DNA from: Bacillales bacterium UBA4951
GTDB lineage: Bacteria; Bacillota_I; Bacilli_A; RFN20; CAG-826
Direction of reading: 5' to 3'
Assembly (NCBI GenBank): GCA_002397465.1
Contig: DHAP01000034.1
Span: 1,506-65,505 of the forward strand
DNA length: 64,000 nucleotides
A model generated the notes under the pieces. It worked only from the letters and a program-made list of their open reading frames with translations. It made no database searches and was not told where the DNA came from. Shown piece after piece: positions 1-9,715 of the stretch. A program made the position numbers and the translations under genes. Numbering within the stretch: position 1 is the first letter of the stretch; every line of letters begins with the position of its first letter.

Positions 1-1
1 A

Positions 2-232
2 ACGGGCTTGGATGTTAACTCGCTTGAGGAAGTCGGGCATTTTGAATGGAACCTGCCGAAAGAAGGAATTCGCCACTTGGCCATTCTTTTTAGGAGCAAA
101 GACTTTTCGGGAGCCATTCACGCATCCAAAGAAGGAGAAGTGTTCTTCATCGATGAGAAGCAGGTTTCTAACTACAAACAGTCAACTGATTTTGATAGGA
201 TTCTCCGCCTTATGAGAAAAGGCCTCAACTGA
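2..232 (+). CDS. C-terminal fragment of an unidentified protein (ORF open at left window edge)
   Basis: Frame open from base 2 to TGA at 230-232. No family motif recognised. Confidence 0.35.
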   Translation, partial: TGLDVNSLEEVGHFEWNLPKEGIRHLAILFRSKDFSGAIHASKEGEVFFIDEKQVSNYKQSTDFDRILRLMRKGLN

Positions 233-241
233 AAATTCCCT

Positions 242-270
242 CTTTTAGATGCTTTCGATGAGCCTATAAT
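242..270 (+). promoter_or_regulatory. Putative sigma70 promoter of the MIP channel gene
   Basis: Perfect TATAAT at 265-270 with only a weak -35 region. It lies ~25 nt upstream of the ATG at 295, which is preceded by the RBS caGGAGGa. Confidence 0.35.
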
Positions 271-294
271 CAGTCTTCAGGAGGATAGATTCAT

Positions 295-1028
295 ATGGAA
301 CTATTCAAAAAAGCCGTCGCCGAATGCATCGGAACGATGGTTTTGGTTATCGTTGGATGCGGCGTGGCTGTCGTCACCAACGCTAACGTGGTTGCGACTG
401 CCTTGGCCTTTGGCCTTTCAATCGTGGCCATGGCTTATTCGATTGGTAACGTCAGCGGCTGCCACATTAACCCAGCCGTCTCGCTTGGCTTCGCTCTCAC
501 GAAGAAAATGTCCTGGAAGGACTTCTTCGTCTACGTTGCCGCTCAATTCGTCGGGGCTATCATCGGCGCTTTGATCCTTGAACTCGTGTTCATCAACATC
601 GACAGCGGAAACGCTCTTGGAGCCAACAGCTGCTCAACGCTTTTGCCGAATGATGGGGGAACCACGACCGTGGCAGGGCTTATGCTTGGCCTCCTGGTCG
701 AAGTCGTTCTCACCTTTATCTTCGTCTCGCCATTCTTGGCGTCTGCTCCAAAAAAGAATTCTCGAACGTCGCTGGCATCGTCATCGGACTTACCTTGACC
801 CTCGTGCACCTTTTGGGAATCCCTCTCACCGGAACTTCCGTGAACCCCGCTCGTTCATTTGGACCAGCCTTGATTGCCATGATGAATGGCGTCTATGAGC
901 CGATTAAAGAGATTTGGATCTTTATCGTCGGGCCTTTGGCCGGCGCTGCTTTGGCCGCTTTGCTTTTCAACTTCCTGTCGAGCAAAAAGGAAATCAAAGA
1001 AGAAGCCACATTGACCTCCTCGAAATAA
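295..1028 (+). pseudogene. MIP family channel (aquaporin/glycerol facilitator type), split by a 1-nt frameshift near 726
   Basis: ORF 295-798 carries the first NPA box (HINPAVS). The frame-0 ORF ending at 1028 carries the second ([12 protein letters not shown]). The frame-0 translation from 726 reads [31 protein letters not shown], continuing the family pattern after EVVLTFIFV. The frame-1 continuation ([15 protein letters not shown]...) looks like nonsense. Confidence 0.7.
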
Positions 1029-1042
1029 GCGAAGAACAAACG

Positions 1043-1072
1043 AAAACGAGAGCTTGCCGGCTCTCGTTTTTC
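1043..1072. terminator. Bidirectional rho-independent terminator between convergent genes
   Basis: Hairpin cgagagc-ttgccg-gctctcg (1047-1066), flanked by an A-run upstream and a T-run downstream. Confidence 0.6.
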
Positions 1073-2667
1073 TATTCTCCGTATTCTTTTATGATGGCGT
1101 TGGAATCGATTTTCCCGATTGGGGTGCGCGGAAGTTTGTCCGAGACGATTATCTTGTCGGGCTTGTAATTGGCTGTTAGTTTTTGTTCCAAATCAGCATA
1201 GATGTCCTTTATTACCTCATCTTTGTTGGCTGGGTGGTCGCCTCTTCTTAAGACAATGACCAAGCGGAAGACGTGGCCTTTTCTTTCGTCTTTGACGCCA
1301 TAGCAGAAGGCCTCATAAATTCTTCTATCGTCGAGAGCGACCTGTTCGACGTCGCTGGGGCATAAAGTCTCACCGTTGATTTTCTCAACGCGCTTCAGCC
1401 TTTGTTTGAAGATTAAGAAACCATCGTCATCGATGAAGCCATAGTCTTTGGTGGCCAAGTATTTGACGCCGTCGATGGTTTTGAAGGCTTCTTGTTTCTC
1501 ATCATGGAGATATCCATTCATCAAAGTGTCAGAGGAGACATAAATCTCGCCAGGGACATTGCGGGGGAGTATTTTCCCATCCTTGGGGTCAACGATCAGC
1601 TCTTTGATGCCAGGCAAAGGTTTTCCGATGGTTCCTCTTTTGTAAGAGCAATAGCAGTTGACGTTGGTGACGGTCATCGTCTCGGTAAGACCATATCCTT
1701 CAAAAAGACGGGCGGTGGAGTCGTTCTCCTCCATCGCGTTGTTCCAACGGTCCAAGAGGGACTGGGGAACGGAATCCCCGCCAATGAAAGCGGCGATTTG
1801 CTTCTGAAGCCATGGCCCATAAAACGAGTCTTTGGAAAGGAGGGCGTTATATAGCGCCGGAACCCCTAAAAGGACGGTGCAGTTGGCTTTCTTGATGTGG
1901 TCGATGGCTTCTTTGGTGTTGAATTTGAGCATGAGGACGGTAGATCCGCCGAAGCTCAAAGGTGTGTGGACGCCCATGGTCAGACCGAAGCCGTGGAACA
2001 AAGGAATGGCGGTCAGTATTTTGATGTTTTCTTTCTTCCCGCCAACTAAGGGATAGCCGCGATTGGCAAGGTTATTGATGGCATTCGAGGACAATCTGAC
2101 GATTTTCGGCTCGCCGTTGGTTCCTCCTGTATTCAAATATAGAGCGTCTTCTTTGGGGTCGACTTTAAATGCCGGGAGCTCTTTTTGCGGTCTCACATGG
2201 TAGAAGTTTTTGATTCCGTGGCAGCGTTTGCTCATCCTGGCGACGGCAAAGCCTTTCAGGGGTTTGACGCCTTGGTAGGGGTTGATTGAAAGAACGCGAA
2301 TGCTCTTGTCGAGGGCTTTTCTATCGGCCGCGGCATTTAAGGAAAGGCAAAAAAGAATGGTGGACCCGGATCTGGTCAACAACGTTTTCAGCATCTCGGG
2401 CGGAGTCAGAGGATGGATGTTATAAGAGATGGCGCCTATCCTGGAAATGGCATAAAAAAGATAAAGGGCTTCCGGACAGTTCGGAAGGGAGACGGAAACG
2501 ACTTCTTTTTCTTTAATGCCGAGCGTTAAAAGTTTGGCTGCGGTCTTCTCGATGCTTTTGTCGACCGAAGCGTATGACCAAGTCTTGTCCTCAAAACGCA
2601 TGCAAAGGTTATGAGGAAACTCGTCAGCGGTCGCCTTGAATTGTTCGTAAATGCTTTTTTCTTCCAT
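1072..2667 (-). CDS. AMP-dependent synthetase/ligase (acyl-CoA synthetase family)
   Basis: Adenylate-forming motifs are present: TGGTNGEPK, GYGLTET, TKDYGFIDDDGFLIFKQRLKRVEKINGE and a C-terminal PIGKID. The start is set at MEEKSIY (ATG at 2667), which overlaps the upstream stop as TAATG. The longer ORF extension is rejected. Confidence 0.8.
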   Translation of the reverse strand: MEEKSIYEQFKATADEFPHNLCMRFEDKTWSYASVDKSIEKTAAKLLTLGIKEKEVVSVSLPNCPEALYLFYAISRIGAISYNIHPLTPPEMLKTLLTRSGSTILFCLSLNAAADRKALDKSIRVLSINPYQGVKPLKGFAVARMSKRCHGIKNFYHVRPQKELPAFKVDPKEDALYLNTGGTNGEPKIVRLSSNAINNLANRGYPLVGGKKENIKILTAIPLFHGFGLTMGVHTPLSFGGSTVLMLKFNTKEAIDHIKKANCTVLLGVPALYNALLSKDSFYGPWLQKQIAAFIGGDSVPQSLLDRWNNAMEENDSTARLFEGYGLTETMTVTNVNCYCSYKRGTIGKPLPGIKELIVDPKDGKILPRNVPGEIYVSSDTLMNGYLHDEKQEAFKTIDGVKYLATKDYGFIDDDGFLIFKQRLKRVEKINGETLCPSDVEQVALDDRRIYEAFCYGVKDERKGHVFRLVIVLRRGDHPANKDEVIKDIYADLEQKLTANYKPDKIIVSDKLPRTPIGKIDSNAIIKEYGE

Positions 2668-3602
2668 TATCTTATCCCCGATAAAGTGTATCCAGATGGC
2701 ATGAGCATAAGTAATATCGCCAAATACAAAGCCGGCTGATGGAGGATGTAGATCTCCAAGGAGTGGCGTCCCATCCAGATGATTGGGGTGGCCCATTTCT
2801 TCGGCATCTTATCCGATATCAATGACTTACGATCTTTGTAGAGGGTTTTTCCGACCGTGGCTCCGAGGAACATCAAGGCAAGGGTCATGAAAGGCGAGAA
2901 ATAGTCGTCGCCGGCCCTCGCCAAACCGAAGAAGATTTTGAAGATGCATAAAAACCATTCGGAGTATTTGTTGCAAGAGCCGTTGGTGCACAGAGTGTCC
3001 ATGTTCCAAATTGAGTTGGTGAGATCTTTCCAATGGACTGGGCCGTTGGAGACGTAAAGCGTGATTCCTAAGATGATGGTAAAGAAGATGCCCAAGGCGT
3101 AATCGACCCAAAACGAAGGAAAGAAATGATCGACGAGGCTGTAGACGATCATCGAGATGCTGAGGGATTGGAGAATGCCAATCCAGATGTGAATCGTGAA
3201 GGCGCCATTCGAAAGAATGGTGACTCCATCGAGCATGACGCTCATCAAAGCGGCGACAAAAGCCAGCTTGATCGAACGTTTGGGGTTGGACTTAGAAAAT
3301 GAGCAGGAGACACCGCTCAAGAACATGAACATCCCTGAGAAGAAAAACTCCAATGAATAAAGATCGCCGGAGACGATGGTCGGGAAGATCTTGTTGCCAA
3401 AACTAACGACGGCCCTGACCCATCCTGGCTCACCGGAAGCGGGGGCCGTGAACATGCTTGGGATGGTCATGAAGTCGTAGCACAAATGGCAAAGGATCAT
3501 CAAAAGGATGGCGAATCCCCTTAAGAAATCTATCTCGAACACACGCGGTTTGCTCTTCAACTGCCCTCTTTTTGGCAATGATGCTGTGACCGCGATATCC
3601 AT
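2667..3602 (-). CDS. Polytopic membrane protein, DUF1624 / HGSNAT-like acyltransferase family
   Basis: N-terminal signature FEIDFLRGFAILLMILCHL and about 9 hydrophobic segments. Translationally coupled to the downstream ligase. Confidence 0.55.
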   Translation of the reverse strand: MDIAVTASLPKRGQLKSKPRVFEIDFLRGFAILLMILCHLCYDFMTIPSMFTAPASGEPGWVRAVVSFGNKIFPTIVSGDLYSLEFFFSGMFMFLSGVSCSFSKSNPKRSIKLAFVAALMSVMLDGVTILSNGAFTIHIWIGILQSLSISMIVYSLVDHFFPSFWVDYALGIFFTIILGITLYVSNGPVHWKDLTNSIWNMDTLCTNGSCNKYSEWFLCIFKIFFGLARAGDDYFSPFMTLALMFLGATVGKTLYKDRKSLISDKMPKKWATPIIWMGRHSLEIYILHQPALYLAILLMLMPSGYTLSGIR

Positions 3603-3704
3603 ACTGGCTATTTTAGACTTTCTTCCTTAGTAAAGGAAGAGAGTTAGGGTGCAATTCGTTAACTTTTTCTTAACAAATAAAAAGCGGTATCAGAAAGCGG
3701 ATTT

Positions 3705-4730
3705 TTATAGAGATTTTTTCCGTTTATGCGGCTTTTTGTTAATGTTGCTTTGAGCCTTTTTCTTCTGGATGTCTTTTTGTCTTGGACTGTTCATCGTTCC
3801 CTTGCACAAAGAGTAATTTCCAATCAGAGTCGTGTACTCATCATCTTCCTTTTCGCTTTCGGTTGGCTTAGGGAGGAATACCAGATAAATCACCAAGAAC
3901 GCGAAGAGATAAGAGAAGAAGGCCCCAAAAGCCACATCGCTCACGAAGTGGTGCCCGTCAAGAACGCGTCCAAAGGAAACGAGAAAAGTGAAAGCCAAAG
4001 AGACATAGAAGTAGATGTTCTCCTTGCCTTTCATCTTTTCGTTGAGTTTGCAGTAGAGGATGCCGACGATAGAAAAAGCCGCTAGGCCGGCGTGACCGCT
4101 GGGCCAACTTTCGAACATGGTGCTGGCAGTATCTGGGAAAGCTGCTTGGACGGTTGAATCAAAATCCCACCAGTTGCGGTAGTAGCTGAAGTCGTTGATC
4201 TCATTGAGAAAGATGTAACGTGGCCTAAGCCCGGCTTTCTTCAACAAATACAAAAGGGCGAAAACCGTCACGAAGGAAAACAAAAAAGTGATGGCGATGG
4301 TATAGCAGTCGTTTTTGTTTCCTTTTCGGCAAAGGAAATAGACGCCGACTTCACAAAATGAAACTATCAAAATGCCGACGAAGGCTTGTAAAACGCTGCT
4401 GGAGAATGTCTCATCGAAAACCTGAATGCCATACAAAGCGCCTGATAATAGAGGGAAGATGACCAAACAAGCGGCCGAAAGATAGAACGTGCTCTTGCCT
4501 TCACCGTCTTCGTTGCTGAGGAAAAAGAGAATTCCGACCGAGCCGAAGATGACATATCCAGGAAGCGGTCCGAGGTAGGCGCAGATTTGACCGAATACGT
4601 TTCCAAACGAAACGATGCTCTGCGATATCTGAAGATCGAAAAACGATCCGACTATTATAAATAGAAACGCCAGTCCCAAAGCGACGGCCGCTTGGTAATA
4701 CTTAATGTTCGCAAACTCTTTTTTTAACAT
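3705..4730 (-). CDS. PAP2 family membrane phosphatase
   Basis: PAP2 motifs KKAGLRPRY, SWPSGHA and GRVLDGHHFVSDV, with multiple TM helices. ATG at 4730 is preferred over TTG at 4736. Confidence 0.75.
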   Translation of the reverse strand: MLKKEFANIKYYQAAVALGLAFLFIIVGSFFDLQISQSIVSFGNVFGQICAYLGPLPGYVIFGSVGILFFLSNEDGEGKSTFYLSAACLVIFPLLSGALYGIQVFDETFSSSVLQAFVGILIVSFCEVGVYFLCRKGNKNDCYTIAITFLFSFVTVFALLYLLKKAGLRPRYIFLNEINDFSYYRNWWDFDSTVQAAFPDTASTMFESWPSGHAGLAAFSIVGILYCKLNEKMKGKENIYFYVSLAFTFLVSFGRVLDGHHFVSDVAFGAFFSYLFAFLVIYLVFLPKPTESEKEDDEYTTLIGNYSLCKGTMNSPRQKDIQKKKAQSNINKKPHKRKKSL

Positions 4731-4823
4731 TGACAATTAGTATAAATTATTTTCACGTAACTTCCATAGCCACAAGTTGGGACAGAGCGTACTTGTTCTC
4801 CGCGCGCACGCGACTTTTATGGT

Positions 4824-6224
4824 ATGATATCGCCGATGAAAAAAGACACGAATGAATTAGACATCAAACATCACACGAGCAATAATGAGATAGAGATCAT
4901 CAAAAGCGACAAATGCAGTTGTCTCTTCTGCCGCCAGACTTATAGTGCCCGCAAGGTCAATGATTGGGTCAACGGTCCCAAAGGCATGAGCGCGCTCTGC
5001 CCTGAATGCGGCATGGCCGCGGTGGTAGGGGACGCCTCTGGCTACAAACTTGGGAAAGCGGAACTGAAGAAGATAAACCTCGACCTTTTCGGCGATGATT
5101 ACATGGAGAAGCACCCAAAAGCCGCGAAGACCTACGTCGAAAGATACGAGGAGAGCAAAATAACCCATAAGGCGGCCAATGAGTCCTTGTATATTCGTTA
5201 TCTTTCGCTTTTGGCCTCCAAAGGCGACACCGATTCGGCTTATACGCTCGGGATGCTTTATGAGTTTGGAACCGAATTCACGAAGCCGGATCCAAGAATG
5301 GCTTTTTCCTTCTATGGCGCGAAGTGCATGAAACACGACCCATCCGCATTGACCAGATTAGGAATTCTCTGCGAAAAAGGCGCCTTAGGCAAAGTCGATT
5401 TCAAAGGCGCTTATGAATGTTATTCGAAAGCCATGGCGTTGGGCTCGATGGAAGGGCTGATCCACTTTGCTGATTGTTATCGCAAAGGTCTGTTTGTCGA
5501 AAAGAACGAGGAATACGCCTTGGCGGTTTTCGAAGGCGTTTGGGACGAAGCCTATATTCGTTTCACGAGATCAAACGGCAAGGAAATCAATATTTTCCCT
5601 GATGTCTCCTATCGAATTGGCATCATGAATGAAGAAGGAAAAGGCGGCGTTAAGGACAGCGTTTTGGCCTTAAAGATGTTCCTTTACGCCGAAGTTGGCT
5701 ATAACGCCCTCCGTGAAGCCGGCGATCTTAATGCCGAACTTGCCCAGGAGTTTGAAGATAACGAAAAACGTATTGAGACCATCTCCAAACGTTTTGGCCT
5801 CACAAGGCAAGACCCCGTCTTCGACAACGACACCTTTGCTGATTCAATGGAAGACGACAACGGCATCAGCAACTTTATTTTTGAGCAATACGAGTTCGTG
5901 CCGAAACATTTTGATTCGGAGCTCAACAGCTTTGAATTTGACGTGACATATGATCTTCCTCCCCTCATCGTTGACGTCGGAAGCCTTTTCTGTGGGTTTG
6001 TGCCTGAGACGATCCATTGGGCTTTCTCCGGTGTTTCTTCTGTGGATGCCCCGAAAGGAGGGCCTTTCAGAAAGGTCCAGGGCAACCCCGATGAAGGATG
6101 GGATTTCGTCAACATATCGCCGATCCATAACGAAAAAACCGTCTTGGCCTCCATTCGTTTCTACCGAGTCGAGAACAAAAAAAGCGAAAGGAAGCTGGAC
6201 AAAGCCAAAGGCAAAGTCTCCTGA
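4824..6224 (+). CDS. Sel1/TPR-like repeat protein with N-terminal CxxC...CxxC zinc ribbon and an unknown C-terminal domain
   Basis: Zinc ribbon CSCLFC...CPEC. Sel1-like repeats are visible (DSAYTLGMLYEFG, ALTRLGILCEKG, GLIHFADCYRKG). The C-terminal ~150 aa are unassigned. Confidence 0.6.
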   Translation: MISPMKKDTNELDIKHHTSNNEIEIIKSDKCSCLFCRQTYSARKVNDWVNGPKGMSALCPECGMAAVVGDASGYKLGKAELKKINLDLFGDDYMEKHPKAAKTYVERYEESKITHKAANESLYIRYLSLLASKGDTDSAYTLGMLYEFGTEFTKPDPRMAFSFYGAKCMKHDPSALTRLGILCEKGALGKVDFKGAYECYSKAMALGSMEGLIHFADCYRKGLFVEKNEEYALAVFEGVWDEAYIRFTRSNGKEINIFPDVSYRIGIMNEEGKGGVKDSVLALKMFLYAEVGYNALREAGDLNAELAQEFEDNEKRIETISKRFGLTRQDPVFDNDTFADSMEDDNGISNFIFEQYEFVPKHFDSELNSFEFDVTYDLPPLIVDVGSLFCGFVPETIHWAFSGVSSVDAPKGGPFRKVQGNPDEGWDFVNISPIHNEKTVLASIRFYRVENKKSERKLDKAKGKVS

Positions 6225-6229
6225 CATCT

Positions 6230-7954
6230 ATGCCCGAAAACACACTTACCCCACTGAAGAAATACTCTTTTAAAGTCTTTTTGGCGCCTGTGATGAAACT
6301 ATTCGAGGTCGCCACCGAACTAGCGATGCCTTTCCTGACTAAATACATCGTTGATGTTGGCATCGCCAACAAAGACATGCCCTATACCTTAAAACTAGGC
6401 GGGATCATGCTAATTTTGGCAGTGGTGGGTTTTTTGTGCACGATGGTGGCTCAATATCTTTCTGCTTCAGTTTCCTCCAATTATGGATATGACCTCCGGA
6501 AAGATGTCTATTCTCATATGAACAAACTGAGCGAAAAGCAGCTCAGTGACTATGGCAAGCAAAAGACTTTGACGCTCCTCAGCAATGACTCTTTCTCCAT
6601 GCAAAGCGGGGTCAACATGTTCATGAGGCTCATATTGCGTCCGCCGTTTTTGCTTGTTGGCTCAACTATCATCTCATTTGTCATAAGCTATCAGGCTGGC
6701 TTTATTTTCTTAGGGGCCATCTTACTTTCCTCTCTTGTCGTTGGGCTCGTCATGCTTGTATCGCCGAAGAAATATGCGGCCATTCAGTCCAACCTTGACC
6801 AGATTTCGGTTCTCTCCAATGATTCATTGAAAGGCGCGAGGCCGATCAAGGCCTTCAACAAACAAGAATACGAAGAGAAAAAGTTCTCATCGTCAGTTTC
6901 TTCGTATGAAAAGAAGAATATGTCGATGGCCAAGTTCAACGCCCTTCTCAATCCTTTGACTTTCTTCTTTATCAACGCCGCCATTGCCTTAGTCGTCTAT
7001 GTCGGTAACATCAGCATCTCGGCCGGGACCTTAAAAAGCGGCGACATCATCGCCCTTATCCAATATCTTTCCATGTCGTTAGCGGCCCTCATCATGTTCA
7101 GCCGTCTCATCATTTCGGTCAATAAAGCCATGGCGAGCAAGAAGAGAATCGATTCGTTTTTCGCCTTGGTTCCGTCCATTCAAAACGGAAGCGAAAAGCA
7201 AACGCCTCTGGACGATGATAAGACCCTCTACAAAGTTGATAACGTTTCCCTAACGTATGGCAAAGCCACGGACAAGCCGGCGATCGAAGGGATTTCCTTC
7301 AGCATTGAAAAAGGCTCTTTCGTGGGGATGATAGGAGGGACCGGATCAGGAAAGTCCAGCGTTCTTTCCCTTCTTGAGCGACTTTATGACCCAAGCTCTG
7401 GAACGATTTATTTCGAAGGCAATGACCTTCGAAACGTCGATGTCACAGCGTTGAGAGAGCGTATTTCTTCAGTCTCTCAAAAGCCTTCCTTGTTCAAAGG
7501 AACCATCAGGAGCAACCTCCTTTTGGCCAAAAATGACGCCACTGAAGAGATGATGGTTCAGGCCTTGAAAGACTCTTTGGCCTATGAGTACGTCGAAAAA
7601 TTCCCCGAGGGTCTTGAACACCCTGTCGAAGAGGCAGGCGCCAATCTATCGGGCGGCCAAAAACAAAGGCTTTTGATCGCAAGGGCTTTGCTTAAAGGCG
7701 GAGACATCCTGATTCTTGACGATTCAACGTCGGCTCTCGATTACTTAAGCGAAAGCCAAGTCCGTCACAATATCCTAAAGAAGAAGGATTTGACGAAGAT
7801 AATCGTTTCGCAAAGGGCCTCGTCTTTGGCGGAATGCGACTTGATATTGGTCTTCGATGGTGGGCACGTGATTGCCATGGGCAAGCATGATGACCTCTTT
7901 AAAACATGTCCTTTATATCATGATATTTGCGTTATGCAGAGGTCACAAGCATGA
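6230..7954 (+). CDS. ABC exporter permease/ATPase, subunit with degenerate catalytic residues
   Basis: Six-TM domain plus NBD. Walker A is GGTGSGKSS and the signature is LSGGQKQR. Walker B reads ILILDD (Asp where the catalytic Glu is expected) and the H-loop reads SQR. Confidence 0.85.
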   Translation: MPENTLTPLKKYSFKVFLAPVMKLFEVATELAMPFLTKYIVDVGIANKDMPYTLKLGGIMLILAVVGFLCTMVAQYLSASVSSNYGYDLRKDVYSHMNKLSEKQLSDYGKQKTLTLLSNDSFSMQSGVNMFMRLILRPPFLLVGSTIISFVISYQAGFIFLGAILLSSLVVGLVMLVSPKKYAAIQSNLDQISVLSNDSLKGARPIKAFNKQEYEEKKFSSSVSSYEKKNMSMAKFNALLNPLTFFFINAAIALVVYVGNISISAGTLKSGDIIALIQYLSMSLAALIMFSRLIISVNKAMASKKRIDSFFALVPSIQNGSEKQTPLDDDKTLYKVDNVSLTYGKATDKPAIEGISFSIEKGSFVGMIGGTGSGKSSVLSLLERLYDPSSGTIYFEGNDLRNVDVTALRERISSVSQKPSLFKGTIRSNLLLAKNDATEEMMVQALKDSLAYEYVEKFPEGLEHPVEEAGANLSGGQKQRLLIARALLKGGDILILDDSTSALDYLSESQVRHNILKKKDLTKIIVSQRASSLAECDLILVFDGGHVIAMGKHDDLFKTCPLYHDICVMQRSQA

Positions 7955-9681
7955 AAAGAATCAAAGGAATTCTTCCATTTTTGAAAGGCTCAAGGCTTTT
8001 ATCATTCCTTTCTTTGCTATGCGCCTTGGTAGCGACCGGCTCGAAACTTTGCATCCCCTTATTGGCTGGCGAGGCCATCAACGCAATGATAGACCCATCC
8101 TCATACTTCCCGGTTTATTATTATCTTTCGCTAATCATCGTCTTCTTGTTATTGGGCACTTTGTTCCGCTATGCCTTCGACTATTTGACCGCCTTAGTCG
8201 GGCAAAGGGTCATCAAGAACATGCGCTCCCAGATCTTCCATTCCTACATCTCCTCACCGATATCCTTTGTCGATTCATCCAGGCAAGGAAACCTTCTTCT
8301 TGTTTTGATCAACGATGTTGAGAACGTTCAAACGGGTTTGGTCAGCGGATTCGCCGCTTTCTATGACGGTATCATCGCCATTCTTTTTACGGTCATCTTC
8401 ATGTTCGTCCTCAACTGGGCCCTCGCTTTGATCGTCATCTGCCTGACTCCGATTTCGATGCTTGTCAGTTCCAAAGTCAGCAAGTTCAACTCCAAACATT
8501 TCAAAGCTCAGGCCACAGCCTCCGGCGAGATGAATGCCTATAGCCTTGAAAGCCTCAACAATAGCGAATGCGTCAAAACCCTTGGCATTGAGGAGAAGCG
8601 AGAAGAGGAATTCGATGCCTTAAATGACTCATACCGCAAGAACACCTTCAAGGCCTTGCTTGGGGCAGCCACCATCAATCCTTCAACCCGACTCGTCAAT
8701 TCTTTTATCAACGCCATCATCATCGCTTCAGGCGCCTTGTTCGTCATTTATGGCGATAGCATCACCGTTTTCGCCCCTCTCACGGTGGGGGCTCTTTCGA
8801 GTTTCCTCTCCTATGCCTCGAATTACATGCAGCCTTTCAACGAGATCAGCGACGTTGTTTCAGAAATCGATTATGCCTTGGCTTCGCTTGAGAGAATCGA
8901 GAAAGCCATCGCCACGCCAACCGACCCCAACGAAGGAAGGAATATTCTCAAAGATCCTATCAGTTCATTAAAAGCCGACCATCTCCATTTTTCATACGAT
9001 GGCAAGCGCGAGATAATCAAGGACTTCGATTTGGCGATCCGCTCCGGGCACAAGATTGCCTTGGTGGGTCCGACCGGATGCGGGAAAACGACGTTGATCA
9101 ATCTTTTGCTCCGTTTCTACGATCCTCAAAAAGGATGTTTTTACGCCAATGATGTCTCGACCGAGCTTTTGGATAAGCCGTCGTTCCGCTCTCATCTGGG
9201 GATGGTCCTTCAGGATACCTGGATTTTCGAGGGGACGGTTTATGAGAACATCGCCTATGCCAAAGAAGGCGCGAGCCTTGAAGAAGTAAAAGAAGCTGCC
9301 AAAAAAGCCCAAGCCGACTCGTTCATCGAGAGGCTTCCTAATGGATATGACACCAAAATCAATGATTCATCGGGGCTTTCCTTAGGCGAAAAACAGCTTC
9401 TTTGCGTAGCTAGGGTGATGCTTCTTTCCCCAGAGGTTGTCATCCTCGATGAGGCGACCAGCAACATCGACATCAGAACCGAATCGCTTCTTAATGAGAG
9501 CTTCCAGCGGTTGCTCGATGGCAAGACATCGTTAGTGGTGGCCCATAGGCTTTCCACCATCGTTTCGAGCGATTACATCGTGGTTATGAAAGACGGTGCC
9601 ATCATTGAAGGCGGCAACCATCGGGAGCTGATGGAAAAGAAAGGCTTCTACTATTCTCTTTATAATGCGCAATTCAATTGA
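7951..9681 (+). CDS. ABC exporter permease/ATPase, canonical-ATPase subunit
   Basis: Walker A GPTGCGKTT, Walker B VVILDEAT and H-loop VAHRLST. The signature is degenerate (LSLGEKQ). ATG at 7951 overlaps the upstream stop (ATGA). Confidence 0.85.
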   Translation: MKRIKGILPFLKGSRLLSFLSLLCALVATGSKLCIPLLAGEAINAMIDPSSYFPVYYYLSLIIVFLLLGTLFRYAFDYLTALVGQRVIKNMRSQIFHSYISSPISFVDSSRQGNLLLVLINDVENVQTGLVSGFAAFYDGIIAILFTVIFMFVLNWALALIVICLTPISMLVSSKVSKFNSKHFKAQATASGEMNAYSLESLNNSECVKTLGIEEKREEEFDALNDSYRKNTFKALLGAATINPSTRLVNSFINAIIIASGALFVIYGDSITVFAPLTVGALSSFLSYASNYMQPFNEISDVVSEIDYALASLERIEKAIATPTDPNEGRNILKDPISSLKADHLHFSYDGKREIIKDFDLAIRSGHKIALVGPTGCGKTTLINLLLRFYDPQKGCFYANDVSTELLDKPSFRSHLGMVLQDTWIFEGTVYENIAYAKEGASLEEVKEAAKKAQADSFIERLPNGYDTKINDSSGLSLGEKQLLCVARVMLLSPEVVILDEATSNIDIRTESLLNESFQRLLDGKTSLVVAHRLSTIVSSDYIVVMKDGAIIEGGNHRELMEKKGFYYSLYNAQFN

Positions 9682-9715
9682 TGATTCGACTCCGACTTGT
9701 TTTATAATCCCTTGT

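Noticed and set aside
578-898. 106-aa ORF in the third frame across the MIP gene, and possible programmed -1 frameshifting at ~726
   Set aside because: The third-frame product has no membrane-protein character. The shift site has no slippery heptamer or downstream structure, so an indel or pseudogene is the simpler explanation.
2668-2796. 43-codon N-terminal extension of the AMP-ligase ORF
   Set aside because: It overlaps the end of the upstream membrane-protein gene. The ligase family N-terminus starts at MEEKSIYEQF, and the TAATG junction at 2665-2669 is a classic coupling arrangement.
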